A stretch of DNA of 64,000 bases from Epiperipatus broadwayi. Lineage: Eukaryota; Animalia; Onychophora. Of this stretch, positions 1-11,837 are shown piece after piece. Made by a program: the position numbers and the translations under genes. Position 1 is the stretch's first letter. Every line of letters starts with the position of its first letter. The notes beneath the pieces were generated by a model. The model was given only the letters and a program-made list of their open reading frames with translations, was not told where the DNA came from and did not search any database. Location: NCBI GenBank assembly GCA_028023455.1, contig JAQFVV010000001.1, positions 2,976,001-3,040,000 on the forward strand. Reading direction: 5' to 3'.

Positions 1-1750
1 CATATTTTCAAAATAGATTACATATTTATAATTACTGATAGTGGATCTCATAACTTAATTTATTTGTAATCTAGTTTACACATGATCTTCACTAGATAGT
101 AGTATTCATGGGAGTTATAATTTTGGCATCTAGGTATGGAAGACGAATTTTAATGGTAAAAATACTGAATTTGTTGCTGAACATATTCGAAATTAATTTT
201 GTATAAATTTGAAGTGAAGTTAAAATAACAATAATGATAATGATGATTAGTTTCTCCATCATGTTATGCATAAGTAAAAAAAAAAGAAAGATAAATTTTT
301 AAAAAATTAATTAATATGAAACAATTAGAAAAATCAAAATAGATATCAGAAAGAGGAAAAAGAAAAGCCATTATTTAAAAGAACAGAAGTCTTTTAAATT
401 AAATGAATAGAAAATTTTAAAGAGCATTATTAAAGAACAGTATCAATAATATAACAATGTTTGCAAAATCATTAAAAATGGAAGCAAAATTAGAAAAACA
501 AGAATATCTTTTAAAGAATTCATGACATCAAAAGATAAAATCTAACATTAAGTTTTTTGAAAATACACATGAATAAATTATAACTGATAAAACAAGACTA
601 AAACAAATGTAGAATGGATATGCAGAAGAATTAGCCTACAAAGTCTTATTAACTAAGATAATTGATGAGATCAGATTAACCTTGTGATCATGATTAAAAG
701 ATATGACCATTAAAACTGACAATATTTTACTAGAAAGGATTTAGAAAATTAAATAAGAATCAATAAATATGTCAATTTGAAAAATGATCTTAATTTCAGA
801 TTTGAACAAATCAATTTATAGTCCTACACTAAAAAAAATATTTATTAAATGGAAAAAAGTCAACTATCTTATAATGTATTTTATACCAAGTATAAGTAAG
901 AAATAAAAAATATTGAACACTGATTAGTATCTTATAGTATTTAAAAAAAGATTCAAAATAAACTTTCTAGTTATGAGTTCATTTGAGAAATGAGATATCT
1001 TTTCTTATATAAGATGAATAATTGAAATTTTTGTATTTATACTGTATTGTAATTTATTATGCTTTATTTATTACACAAAGAAGTTTGATTTTAATGTTTA
1101 GGCTAAATTGTTGAATATTCCAAGGAAATTGATGTTTCTGAGGATTTCATTGTTATGTATTTTTGTATAGGGCTTGAAGCTATTATAAAATGTACTATGG
1201 TAAAAAATTACAATTATTGATTCAGGATTGATGAATGAAATACTGACAACTTCAGATTTTTTGATAATAAACATCTTTCTGTGACAATATATAGAAGATT
1301 TGATATTTATTAAAACATTTAAGAAATAAAAATAAAATGAAAGGCTGTGATTGATACTAGGTATGAAGTATTCATGGGAGTCATTGCAGAATAATTTTGA
1401 ATAGAATCACAATGAAAAATTTGAAAAGATTCATGTAGAAAAGTCTCTTGACAAATAAATATTAAAATTGTTCATCTTAGGTTACTGGAAATGAAAATAG
1501 AAATATTGATGCTTATGAATTGTGCTGCTGGAAAAATCGTGAAATATTAATGTGGTTACTTGATTAAATCAAGTCTTAATTTTTGGATAAAACACAAATG
1601 ACTATGTTGAATTGATTTTGCATTCTTTTTGTAACAATATGAGATAATATAATTTATTACAAAAATGCACAATGCTCAGAAAGTATTATCCAAAATAAAA
1701 AGATGAAAACTAGCAAAGATATTGTTAAACTTTATCATCATATCTAAAAA
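1..1750 (+). mobile_element. Decayed RTE-clade LINE (RT and C-terminal remnant)
   Basis: Frame-broken RT-like stretches at about 700-950. 1505-1555 translates IDAYELCCWKNREILMW, resembling the RTE C-terminal AFEMWCWRRML.I.W motif. Boundaries approximate. Confidence 0.55.
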
Positions 1751-3524
1751 TGTGACATTGGGGGGACCTGAAAATCAAATCAATAATAATTTATTCTAGA
1801 CAAATTTTGTTCATATGGTTACAAGAAATACTTTTCAACTTGATAACAACTAATTCTATATACATTTTTCTATCATATGTATGACAAGAACTCGAATCCA
1901 TATTGAATAAAATTTTAAATTTTTTCCAAATTAGATGGCTAGCTTGTAGCCAACTTAGTTAATTATATTGTTTGATAGATATGTATCTTTCTATTTTTAA
2001 TTAGAAGTTAAAACAAGAATTAAAAAAATGTCAAAACCTTATCAGCTAATAATGGAAAACCTGGTGATTAATACCTTTCACTATTTTTTGAAGGGGCTAT
2101 AGACCAACAGTTGAATATTTAAAAAAAAGTGTCTTGGTTTGAAAGAAGTCTCAAGTGGCAAAACTCTATTTGAGTTATCAGTAAGTCAATTCTAATTAAT
2201 AGCTTTTTATATATTTTTTGTGAAGAAAATGTGAAAAAATAGATAATCATTGCAAAGGAGTAGATTTGAGGGTATCAGCAAATATCTAGAAATTCAGTAA
2301 GAGTATTTTGCCTCCAAACACGGTTATCTGTAAAATGCTTCCATCACAACCTAATTATTAATCAATAACAATATAAAAATTTATTTATTTATAAATAAAT
2401 AAATAAATGTTTTAATAAAGGGAAAATAATTAAATTATTTTTGTAATTAAAGTAGACTAAATGGACATTTTTTTCTCTCTTTAAGAAATAAAAAAGAATA
2501 TTTGAATATAAAAAAGAGAGTGACAAAAAAAGAGATGAAATACGATTTTTGTAGATTAATTGTTAATAGGATTAGAATATGTACTTAAGAAATAAGCAGG
2601 CGAAAAAAAAATAGATATGTTCTAAGGTAAATTAAATTGAAAAAAAAAAAAACGTTTTAAAAATATATATAAATTTGTGAGTGGATTTTTATATTACTCA
2701 TTACATTATTATTTTTGTAAAACATACATAATAAATATAGGTTGATTTGTAAATGTTTAGAGAATTGTTAATATGTAATTAGACTCTTGTGAATTTTTGA
2801 ATAATTGATAAATTTTTAATGTATTTGTAGGCATAGACTTTGAAAATGACCATAGAATATGGTTAAAATCTACATGAAAATATATATTGATATTAATGTA
2901 CTTATATTCATTTGTAAAGAAAATAAAAATGAAAAATAATTTATATATTGGAATTATTGAAACTATTTTGAAATAAAAAAAAGATATTTATTTATTTAAT
3001 TATAAATTACACATTTTTATTTAGTTAAGATCTAGAATAGATATATCTACATAGGTTGATAAGATTTTTATTGATTGCTATATGCTTTAAAAAATATGAT
3101 CAATGAATTTGTGAGTTAACAAAAATGAAATATAAACCATTACCTAGTTGTTTTAATAAGTTATTATGCATATTTTCTGTAATTTCATTATTGTATAAGT
3201 AAAAAAAAAGTAAAGCTTTCTTTCTTTGATGTATTAAAGTGCATTTTCTTTAGCTATTGTATTTATATATTTATATAAAACATATATTTTAAAACATATT
3301 TCTGTTAGTATTTAAATTAATAAATGCCTTATAATTAACAATTTTAAAATTAATAAAGTTTATTCAGCTACCAATAAATGAAAATGAATGTTTCCTTCTC
3401 CCTCCTTTTGTTCTATTTTAATAATAATATAGGCAGTGGTGTGAATTACATAGAAACATGCTTGATATATCATTCTAGGAAAAAAACTAACCATATTTAA
3501 CTAAAATACTGAAAATATCTAGTA

Positions 3525-3632
<108 letters not shown>

Positions 3633-3710
3633 ATTTAAGCATTAATATAGCAGCAGTCTTAGTTTAATAGCTTGAAAGGGGAGTAACTCCTACTCCCTGT
3701 ATAAACTAAT

Positions 3711-5180
3711 ATGTCAAGCCCAAGTGATCTATCCTATGCTAAGGCTGTTAAATCAATGATCTCTTCTCCACCAAATAAAGCTGAAATTAATAATTAAAAG
3801 GATGTAGCTATTGTAAATAAAAATAGCAAAATGACTAATGCTGGCAGATTTCATGAATCTACAATCAGAGGTATAATTAAAATTGATCTTTTAACATAAA
3901 TGTCTACATCAACAAACAGCAACAATGATAACCCATTTATATGGACTGATGAAAGCCTCAATTACATAATAGAACAATTTAATAACACTTATACCAAGAA
4001 ATTTCTTTGATTCTTTTAAATGTGTTTTTTTAAACAAATTAATTATAGTGGCAGTTATGGATATTTATTGCTCATTATACTGCTTTCCAAAGGAATTATT
4101 ATATGAAGCCCTAAGCCATTACAATATGTGGGATTCTGTTTATCAGATCACTGAGCATCCAAACCCCAGATATATTGCTTTTGAATTTTACATAAAAGAA
4201 CAGTTAAAACTCTCAGTAAATATGCATTCATTCAAGTAAGTCAACATCATATAAACTCTATTATCTGGAATTTTAAAAAATACATATCTCAACTATAATG
4301 TAAATTATTTCCAGAGATTATTGCAGCCCTTCAGAATTATAATTGGATTTTAGTATATATACCTAAAGCATATGCCGGTAGCAATTTATAGCAATAGTTT
4401 TCAGTTCAAAGCCAAGCTTCACAAAGGAACTGATCCTAATAACATACCAATGCAAATATCATACCAGGAGGCCATACTGCTGTTAATAATTCAGGGATTG
4501 AGGCCACAATGTTTTCACTGCACAAAGACGGCATATTGTTAATTCTTGCCCAAGTCTCACATGTTCACAGTATGGCTTGATTGCAACTACTTCTCATCAA
4601 TGCTCCAAGACAAAAGCAAATACACACAACATACAAAATATAATAGATAAGAATTTGATAAGCACTACATCCAATTTTGATAATAATTTAACAAAACAAT
4701 ATAAGCTTAATGCACACTCTAATGAAAATAAAAACTTGCACCCAAACTCAACCAATATGGATACCAATATACCACTAATTAATCAAACATTAACAGACAC
4801 TACAGGCCTTCTCACCTCTCACAATATCCTAATTAATAAAACCTCTACAGATATTTTAGTCACATCAATCATGCCAGAATCACAGATGTTTGTTTCCCCT
4901 AGTGATCATACCACCTTCAAAAGAAAACCAGGCTGCCCACCACATAAAGAGTGAGGGCAGAAAAAGCCAAACAATATAATAACAAGTAAAAATGAAGATA
5001 TTTCATATGTTGATCTAAATAAGAAAATTAAAATTATGACCAATAGTACACAGGAATCTGATTTTGATCTCACAGCTGAAAGTGAAGAAATTGTTAATGT
5101 AGATGTGATCACATCTTGCTTAAACTCTGATCATGATATAGTAGCTGGAAGTGGCCATGAGCTCATGAATCTTTATCTAT
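3711..5180 (+). pseudogene. LINE ORF1 (gag-like, zinc knuckle), disrupted
   Basis: N-terminal SYAKAV motif. CFHCTK.GHIVNSCP (CX2CX4HX4C across a frameshift) at 4510-4550, a second degenerate knuckle, and a basic KRKPGCPP tail (ORF 4577-4954). Confidence 0.65.
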
Positions 5181-5279
5181 AATGACACAAAGTCAAATCT
5201 AGATATAAAATAATAAGTTATTTGCCTTAGTTTGATACATATATGCCAGTTTTTATCTTATTTTTTAAAAATTTGTTCA

Positions 5280-8200
5280 GTTTGGTGCATTGAATGTTAA
5301 GGGTCTTAACTACTCAAGTAAAATTTTTCAGCTATCAAAATGGATTGATGTAGTTTGGCCACACTTACTCAGACTTACAGAAACAAAAATATACAAATGC
5401 ATCACAGATGGACCCATCCAATTACCTTCATACTAGAAGTTTATCATCTTTTCCAGATTATTCAACTCTCCATCCACTGGCACAGGTTTTTTTATTTCCA
5501 AGGTATGCCCTTTTAAAGCATTTAAAATACTTTATTTGAATCCTAATATTTTAATTATCACAATTCAACATCCAGCCATTACAGTGAACATAGCCATTGT
5601 CTATATACCATCTGGTCTGCATGTAATTAACAAATTAATTCTAACTATATACACTTTTTTTATGCTTCCTTGTCATATCCATGTGTGCTCTTGGGAGACA
5701 TCAATATGAGCTATGACACATTTCATATCAAAATTATTCATAGACTTTCTTTCCCTCTAATGATTGAAGAATGCTTCCTTCATAAGAATTCAGTATCTTT
5801 AGATAATGGTCGACATAAATCATTAATAGATCTATGTTTCTACTCACCAATACTACATCACATGATTCATTTATCATTTAATAACTCAACCTTTTCTGAT
5901 CATCTAGCATTAATGGCTACACTTTAACATGATCTCTCCTAAAAAATAAATTTTAACACTGGTATATGTCTGAATTTCTTTTCTCCACAATTTACATTAA
6001 ACTCTTTGAAGTCTATAAAATAAAACTAGACCCAATACAGACCTGGATTTCCCATGTAAATATTTTATCATTCACAATTAACCATATCACAAGAGCTCCA
6101 TCACCAAACAGATTTCTCAGTCTAGCAGATGAGATCCACAAAAAATTACACAATCTATTTTCACTAATGAATAGGGCACATGAATATCTGCACTAAAGAT
6201 CCTATAAGTCCACGTGTGAAGCAGGCAATATTTGGAAGTCAAAAAAAGAAATATATTAGGAAAGTGCATACATGGTCAAGAAACTACATTCTCTGGGAAC
6301 TTGGTCAGGCCTCTAAAATTAATGACACACTTTTTATAGGAGACAACATGTTAGTCTTCCTTTATAGCCACTATTAAAGGTTGCTTCAAAGCAAACAAAT
6401 GTTTAATTCATCACCAAATTTTCTTCATACCTCAACAGATGTAGACATCATTACAATAGATCTCAAAGCAAAAATAACTTTCACTCCAGATTCATGTCAT
6501 CCTGGTTCGCATGGGATTCCTCTCTTTGTATATTTTCATCTAATCCATTTTACAGCAAATAATTGGCTGATATGGCCAATTGCCCACCAAAGTGTGTATT
6601 TAAAATACAGGGTATATATATACAATATCTCTTGAATCTTTTCTCAAAAAACATGAAATTTTTTTATCATTGTTATCCTAAGACTCATTTCAATGGTACC
6701 ATTAGGAATAAAACTACTGAAATTCACACTTAAAGATAGAATTGAGCCAATTTTACTACCATTATTATGTAGGACTTAATTTGCAAAGAAGGGCTTATCT
6801 ACAAATCAGGCTGCATTCTTGTTTAAAATCATTATAGGCTCAGTTAGGGAGGGTAAGAAATATAGTCCATTTGTAGTCCAATTAGATATTAAATCTGCTT
6901 TTGATATGGTACCTATAGATCATTTTATTAATGTACTAGCAGGTGCAGAGTTACTTATGTCAGTCCTTTATATAATACCAAACTTTTTACTAATTCATGA
7001 AATATATATGATGTTAAACAGAAAATTCATTCCTAATTTCACTCCTTATGGCTCAATACTGCACGGCTCTTCTTATCAAATATCAGATATCTTCATACAG
7101 TCACTCAATACTAACATTTCAGTGATTACATATGTAGATGACTTATCTGTGTTTCTATCTTCCTCTAAACAAATCCTGAATCTCTTTGGAATTATTTCAA
7201 AATTTACTCAGGATTACAAGCTTGAATTTAACATTGATAAGTCATGTGCTTGATTTATATATACTGGAAAAATTCAAAAGTAGTTCTTCAGAGTGCACCT
7301 GAGCTCCTTCCTTGATTTTCCCTTTTGTCTAAACTACTCATCCATGTAAAGAAAAATACAGAAAGTACTTAATCACAAAACTGAGAGGCTGATTAAATCA
7401 GTCTTTAAATCTTACCTCTGTCGTTACTCTAAAACATCACTTTTAATCTACTAATCATGATCAGAATCACATACTTCTCTCCCATTATTATTTTTACTAA
7501 AAAATTCAATTGTGCAATCTACTCTCTACTTAGAAATATTCTTTGGATTAGTGTATTGGTGGTATTTACTTAAACAACTTCAAAAATCTCTATTTTTAAT
7601 GGATTGGGTCTTCATTGTATAAACATCTGTAGGATTCAAATGATTATCAACCTTATTATCTTTTTAATAACATTTCCCCTCAGTTAGAGATACTGCAGAA
7701 AATTACCTCCATGGACAGCCCTCTGCCTGTTTTTAACTTTTGGAAAAAACTTATTCTTCTCCTTCAGGTTATTTCACATGAACTCCTGTCTATATCTAAA
7801 AAATTCAAATATTGGGAAGTCTATAAATGGTTTCATGGTGATCATTATGATTCCCTTAATACTCCAATGTTAGGCATAAATAACAAACAACTCATTAATC
7901 AATTTAATCATTGGTTCCTTGAACCTAAATATTTTGAATTCCTTGTTAAGATTAACCTTGAAGAATTACCTACTTTATATTTCTACAGATATAAAAGATA
8001 TTGCAAGAGTGTGGATGAACACTGCAATCTTTGCCATAGAGACACTGAACACAAGCATCACATCTTTGAATGCACCTGCTTTGACAATTTCAAAAGTTAA
8101 AATTAACACACTTTTTTAAAGTTTCAAACAAGGTATAAATGCCAATATTCATGCTAACAATTTTGTTCTTTTTGTAATATGGTGTATTATATGCACCTTT

Positions 8201-8400
8201 TTACACAATTACAACCCAAGAAGGCATCCAAATAACTTCTGAAATAAACTTGAAAGCATTAAAGCAAAAGACAAGAAACTTGTCTCTGATTCTATATATA
8301 ATAATACTACATGGACTCTCTTGAATCTTTAATGAACATCATATAGATTATGCTCGGATCTCATTGGAAATATTAAAGGCTGTTTTCATCTATTATCACC
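5280..8400 (+). pseudogene. LINE ORF2 (AP endonuclease, reverse transcriptase, CCHC finger), disrupted
   Basis: APE motifs FGALNVKGLN (about 5281), CVLLGDIN, LIDLCF and SDH (ORF 5670-5927). RT motifs LDIKSAFDMV, TYVDDL and LEFNIDKS (ORF 6819-7253). CNLCHRDTEHKHHIFEC (ORF 7711-8100). Confidence 0.85.
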
Positions 8401-8620
8401 AGATGAACATTGACCATGGTCTTATCTCATTCAGACTTGATGGTTATCATGAACTCATTAATATGTAGATCTATAATCTAAAAGTTTGTAATGCATGGGA
8501 TTTAAATTACATAAACTGTATATCCTTTATCATGTAAATATGAAACTATGTATGCACAATGTAAAAGTGTAAACAGATGTAACTTTTTTCTTCAATTAAT
8601 AAAGTCCTTTTGAAAAAATA

Positions 8621-8740
<120 letters not shown>

Positions 8741-9297
8741 ATATTTTTTCCTTTTTTGCATCATTAAATACGATATAATATGAATATTTTATACACATTC
8801 TGTAAACATTGTTAATCAGATATTATTTATATATACATAAATATGAATTTGCAAATATGGAGTATGTTGGGCTTAAACATAGTATGAAATTGCCTTTATA
8901 TAATGTAAATAATTAGAATTGTATAATAATAAAATTCTTATACACACTTTATACATTAATATATAATACATACATTTAAAGCAATATATAAGTATTAATA
9001 TTGTTTTGTTTAAATATTTATAATTTAGTAGTAATAATAGTAGTAGTAGTAATAATAAATAGATTATGAATTAATTTTAAGGAACACAAATTTTTATATT
9101 TTCTTCACTTACTCCAAGGCAAAAAATGTATATTTCAGTTTGAAAATATGTACAAATATATATATATGAAAAAAAAAAAACAAGTTAAAAACTTGCTAAT
9201 GCTTGTATTTATGTCAACAGATGGTATTCTACCAAAAACACCATCAAGCATATGTTTACATAAACATCAGAGCATGCATTCATTATCTCTAACTTTA

Positions 9298-9355
9298 ATT
9301 ACACTTTCAGATCATGATTTCAAGCTATTTTCTATCATCAATGAAAGACAGGAAT
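9298..9355 (-). ncRNA. Type I hammerhead ribozyme, family A copy 1 (degenerate: U3, weakened stem II)
   Basis: Minus strand reads attcc tgt ctttca TTGATGA taga aaata gctt GAAA tcatga TC tgaaag t gtaat. Confidence 0.6.
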
Positions 9356-9694
9356 AAGAAACTAGATCTAAACACAAACTCTGAGCGTTTATGAAACAGT
9401 TTCTATTCAGCTTGCAAGCGTGAATCTTTTAGATGCATAATGTCTTCAAACTCAGCATAGCAAGCCAGATAGCTATATGGGTCTGATCTCAGTTCAGCAT
9501 CACCACATAGTAGAAGCCTCTGCAATATATATCATTGCTAGAAAGACCTCAAAGGTACATTTATGAAAAACAAAAAACAAGTTAAAAACTTGCTAACGCT
9601 TGTATTTATGTCAACAGATGGCGTTCTACCAAAAACACCATCAAGCATATGTTTACATAAACATCAGAGCATGCATTCACTATCTCTAACGTTA

Positions 9695-9727
9695 ATTCCA
9701 CTTTCAGATCATGATTTCAAGCTATTT
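9695..9727 (-). ncRNA. 3' half of family A hammerhead, truncated in loop II by the inversion junction
   Basis: Minus strand reads aaata gctt GAAA tcatga TC tgaaag t ggaat; the CUGAUGA half is missing. Confidence 0.6.
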
Positions 9728-9943
9728 GTTTTTCATAAATGTACCTTTGAGGTCTTTCTAGCAATGATATATATTGCAGAGGCTTCTACTATGTGGTGAT
9801 GCGGAACTGAGATCAGACCCATATAGCTATCTGGCTTGCTATGCTGAGTTTGAAGACATTACGTGTCTAAAAGATTCACGCTTGCAAGCTGAATAGAAAC
9901 TGTTTCATAAACGCTCAGAGTTTGTGTTTAGATCTAGTTTCTT

Positions 9944-10001
9944 ATTCCTGTCTTTCACTGATGATAAAAAATAGCTTGAAATCATGATCTAAAAGTGGAA
10001 T
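9944..10001 (+). ncRNA. Type I hammerhead ribozyme, family A copy 3 (stem II disrupted)
   Basis: attcc tgt ctttca CTGATGA taaa aaata gctt GAAA tcatga TC taaaag t ggaat. Confidence 0.6.
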
Positions 10002-10340
10002 TAAAGTTAGAGATAGTGAATGCGTGCTCTGACATTTATGTAAACATACGCTTGACGGTGTTTTTAGTAGAACGCCATCTGTTGACATAAATATAAGCGT
10101 TAGCAAGTTTTTAACTTGTTTTTTGTTTTTCATAAATGTATCTTTGAGGTCTTTCTAGCAATGATATATATTGCAGAGGCTTCTACTATGTGGTGATGCT
10201 GAACTGAGATCAGACCCATATAGCTATCTGGCTTGCTATGCTGAGTTTGAAGACATTACGTGTCTAAAAGATTCACGCTTGCAAGCTGAATAGAAACTGT
10301 TTCATAAATGCTCAGAGTTTGTGTTTAGATCTAGTTTCTT

Positions 10341-10398
10341 ATTCCTGTCTTTCACTGATGATAGCAAATAGCTTGAAATCATGATCTGAAAGTGGAAT
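10341..10398 (+). ncRNA. Type I hammerhead ribozyme, family A copy 4 (best preserved; predicted cleavage after AUC at 10386)
   Basis: Stem I ctttca/tgaaag plus outer attcc/ggaat with an internal loop; core CTGATGA (10355-61); stem II agc/gct with loop aaata; GAAA (10375-78); palindromic stem III ATCATGAT. Confidence 0.85.
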
Positions 10399-11570
10399 TG
10401 AAGTTAGAGATAGTGAATGCATGCTCTGACGTTTATGTAAACATACGCTTGACGGTGTTTTTGGTAGAACCCCATCTGTTGACATATATATATATCAATA
10501 ACTCAATGGTAATAATTTTACATTCAAATAGAACTAGTTAATGAATTTAGAATGTGAATAGATATTTTTATATTAGTTTTATATTTAAATTTAAAAATAT
10601 ATTTGAAAAGTTGATCATTTTCTTCAACAAAATTAAAGATGTCTAATAGCAAATTCCACATGGAATCTTATTAATATTGGACATTAAGTAATTTAATGGT
10701 TTATAAATGTATTGCCAAATTTAATGTTATTTTATAATTTTTTCTTTATTGTAAACATAGTTAAATAAACCTGTTTTTGATACTTAAAATTAAAGATGTC
10801 TTTTTATTAAATATTCAACTGTTTCTAAAGTCTTTGCATTTATTTTTTGGTACTCAAAAATGTTCACTTTTATAAATTAACAATTACTATTTGTTTCAAA
10901 CCTGAATTATCTTTTATAAATAGATTTTTAATTTTAAAATGTTATATATATTATATATTGTACATTTTTTGGTAATTTTGGGGTTTTATATACTCTATTT
11001 ACAAATATATACAAAGTGTTAGAAAAACTTGAGTATATTTCCTGGTTAATCTATTTCTAAGCATGAAACATATATAATGTCTGAGAAAACTATGATGAGT
11101 GGCAATTTTTTTATTTTATTTATTATTTCTGGGTATCAGTGCTTAATGGATGTTATCCATAAAGCACTTGCCATATAATCAATTAATGGAGACTGAACTG
11201 TTCCACTTTCTTTGCATCAGCTTTGAATTATGGAAACTTATTAATTAATCAAGTTTATTGGTATTTATAAATGAGAATCTAAATGGAAGATTGCTGACTT
11301 AAAATTAACATATAGATTTAATAAAAAGTAAGTATAGATTATAAATACCAAATTATTTATTAATACTACCATTATTGAATATTATTACACCATTAACATA
11401 TACATAATACATATTCATATAAGAGGTATATAAAGTATTGTTAAAATAACTCATTAACTTCTAAAAGTTGTAACAACCATATTGATCTTGAATATTAACT
11501 TTGATTCTAAAGTTCTTATTAATACTAAATACTAGCTCAGTTCATGTATTAAGAGTTCATCTATTTTAGT

Positions 11571-11640
11571 TAGAATTATAAAAATGCATATATATATATT
11601 TACCTTAGAATTATAAAAATGCATATATATATATTTACCT
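11571..11640. repeat. Perfect 35-bp tandem duplication
   Basis: tagaattataaaaatgcatatatatatatttacct at 11571-11605 and again at 11606-11640. Confidence 0.97.
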
Positions 11641-11837
11641 TATCAGAACTTTCTGTGAATATTTAATAGTACTAGATATAGGTATACCATGACCATGGAT
11701 TTTCTTTCTGTGAGATCCATTTGGCACAGTTAGAGAAGTGTTTTTTATTAGCTTGTTTGGATCTCTATTCATTTCAGGTGAGGAAGGAGGCATCTGCGAC
11801 CATATCCGTTTAGCAATGCATTTGATTAAGATCAAGC
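11639..11837 (-). CDS. Possible isolated coding exon (199 bp), product unknown
   Basis: Open frame xLILIKCIAKRIWSQMPPSSPEMNRDPNK...QKVLI, bounded by TATAG| and |GTAAAT. The acceptor pyrimidine tract is weak and no partner exons were identified. Confidence 0.25.

Larger units (their letters stand above)
9156..10495. mobile_element. 397-bp hammerhead-containing tandem array (non-LTR retrozyme-like), about 1.4 units on minus and 1.9 units on plus, head-to-head at 9727/9728, flanked by (AT)6
   Basis: Period 397 on both arms (9181 vs 9578; 9728 vs 10125). One HHR motif per unit. ATATATATATAT at both 9156-9167 and 10484-10495. Confidence 0.85.

Noticed and set aside
9148-10133. Three near-identical ORFs (MKNKKQVKNLL...) in the ORF track
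   Set aside because: They are antisense shadows of the 397-bp repeat, with no recognisable domain.
10171-10218. LLLCGDAELRSDP in the repeat's sense strand resembles a 2A-like LLL.GDVE.NPGP peptide
   Set aside because: The essential NPGP is absent and there is no start codon in frame.
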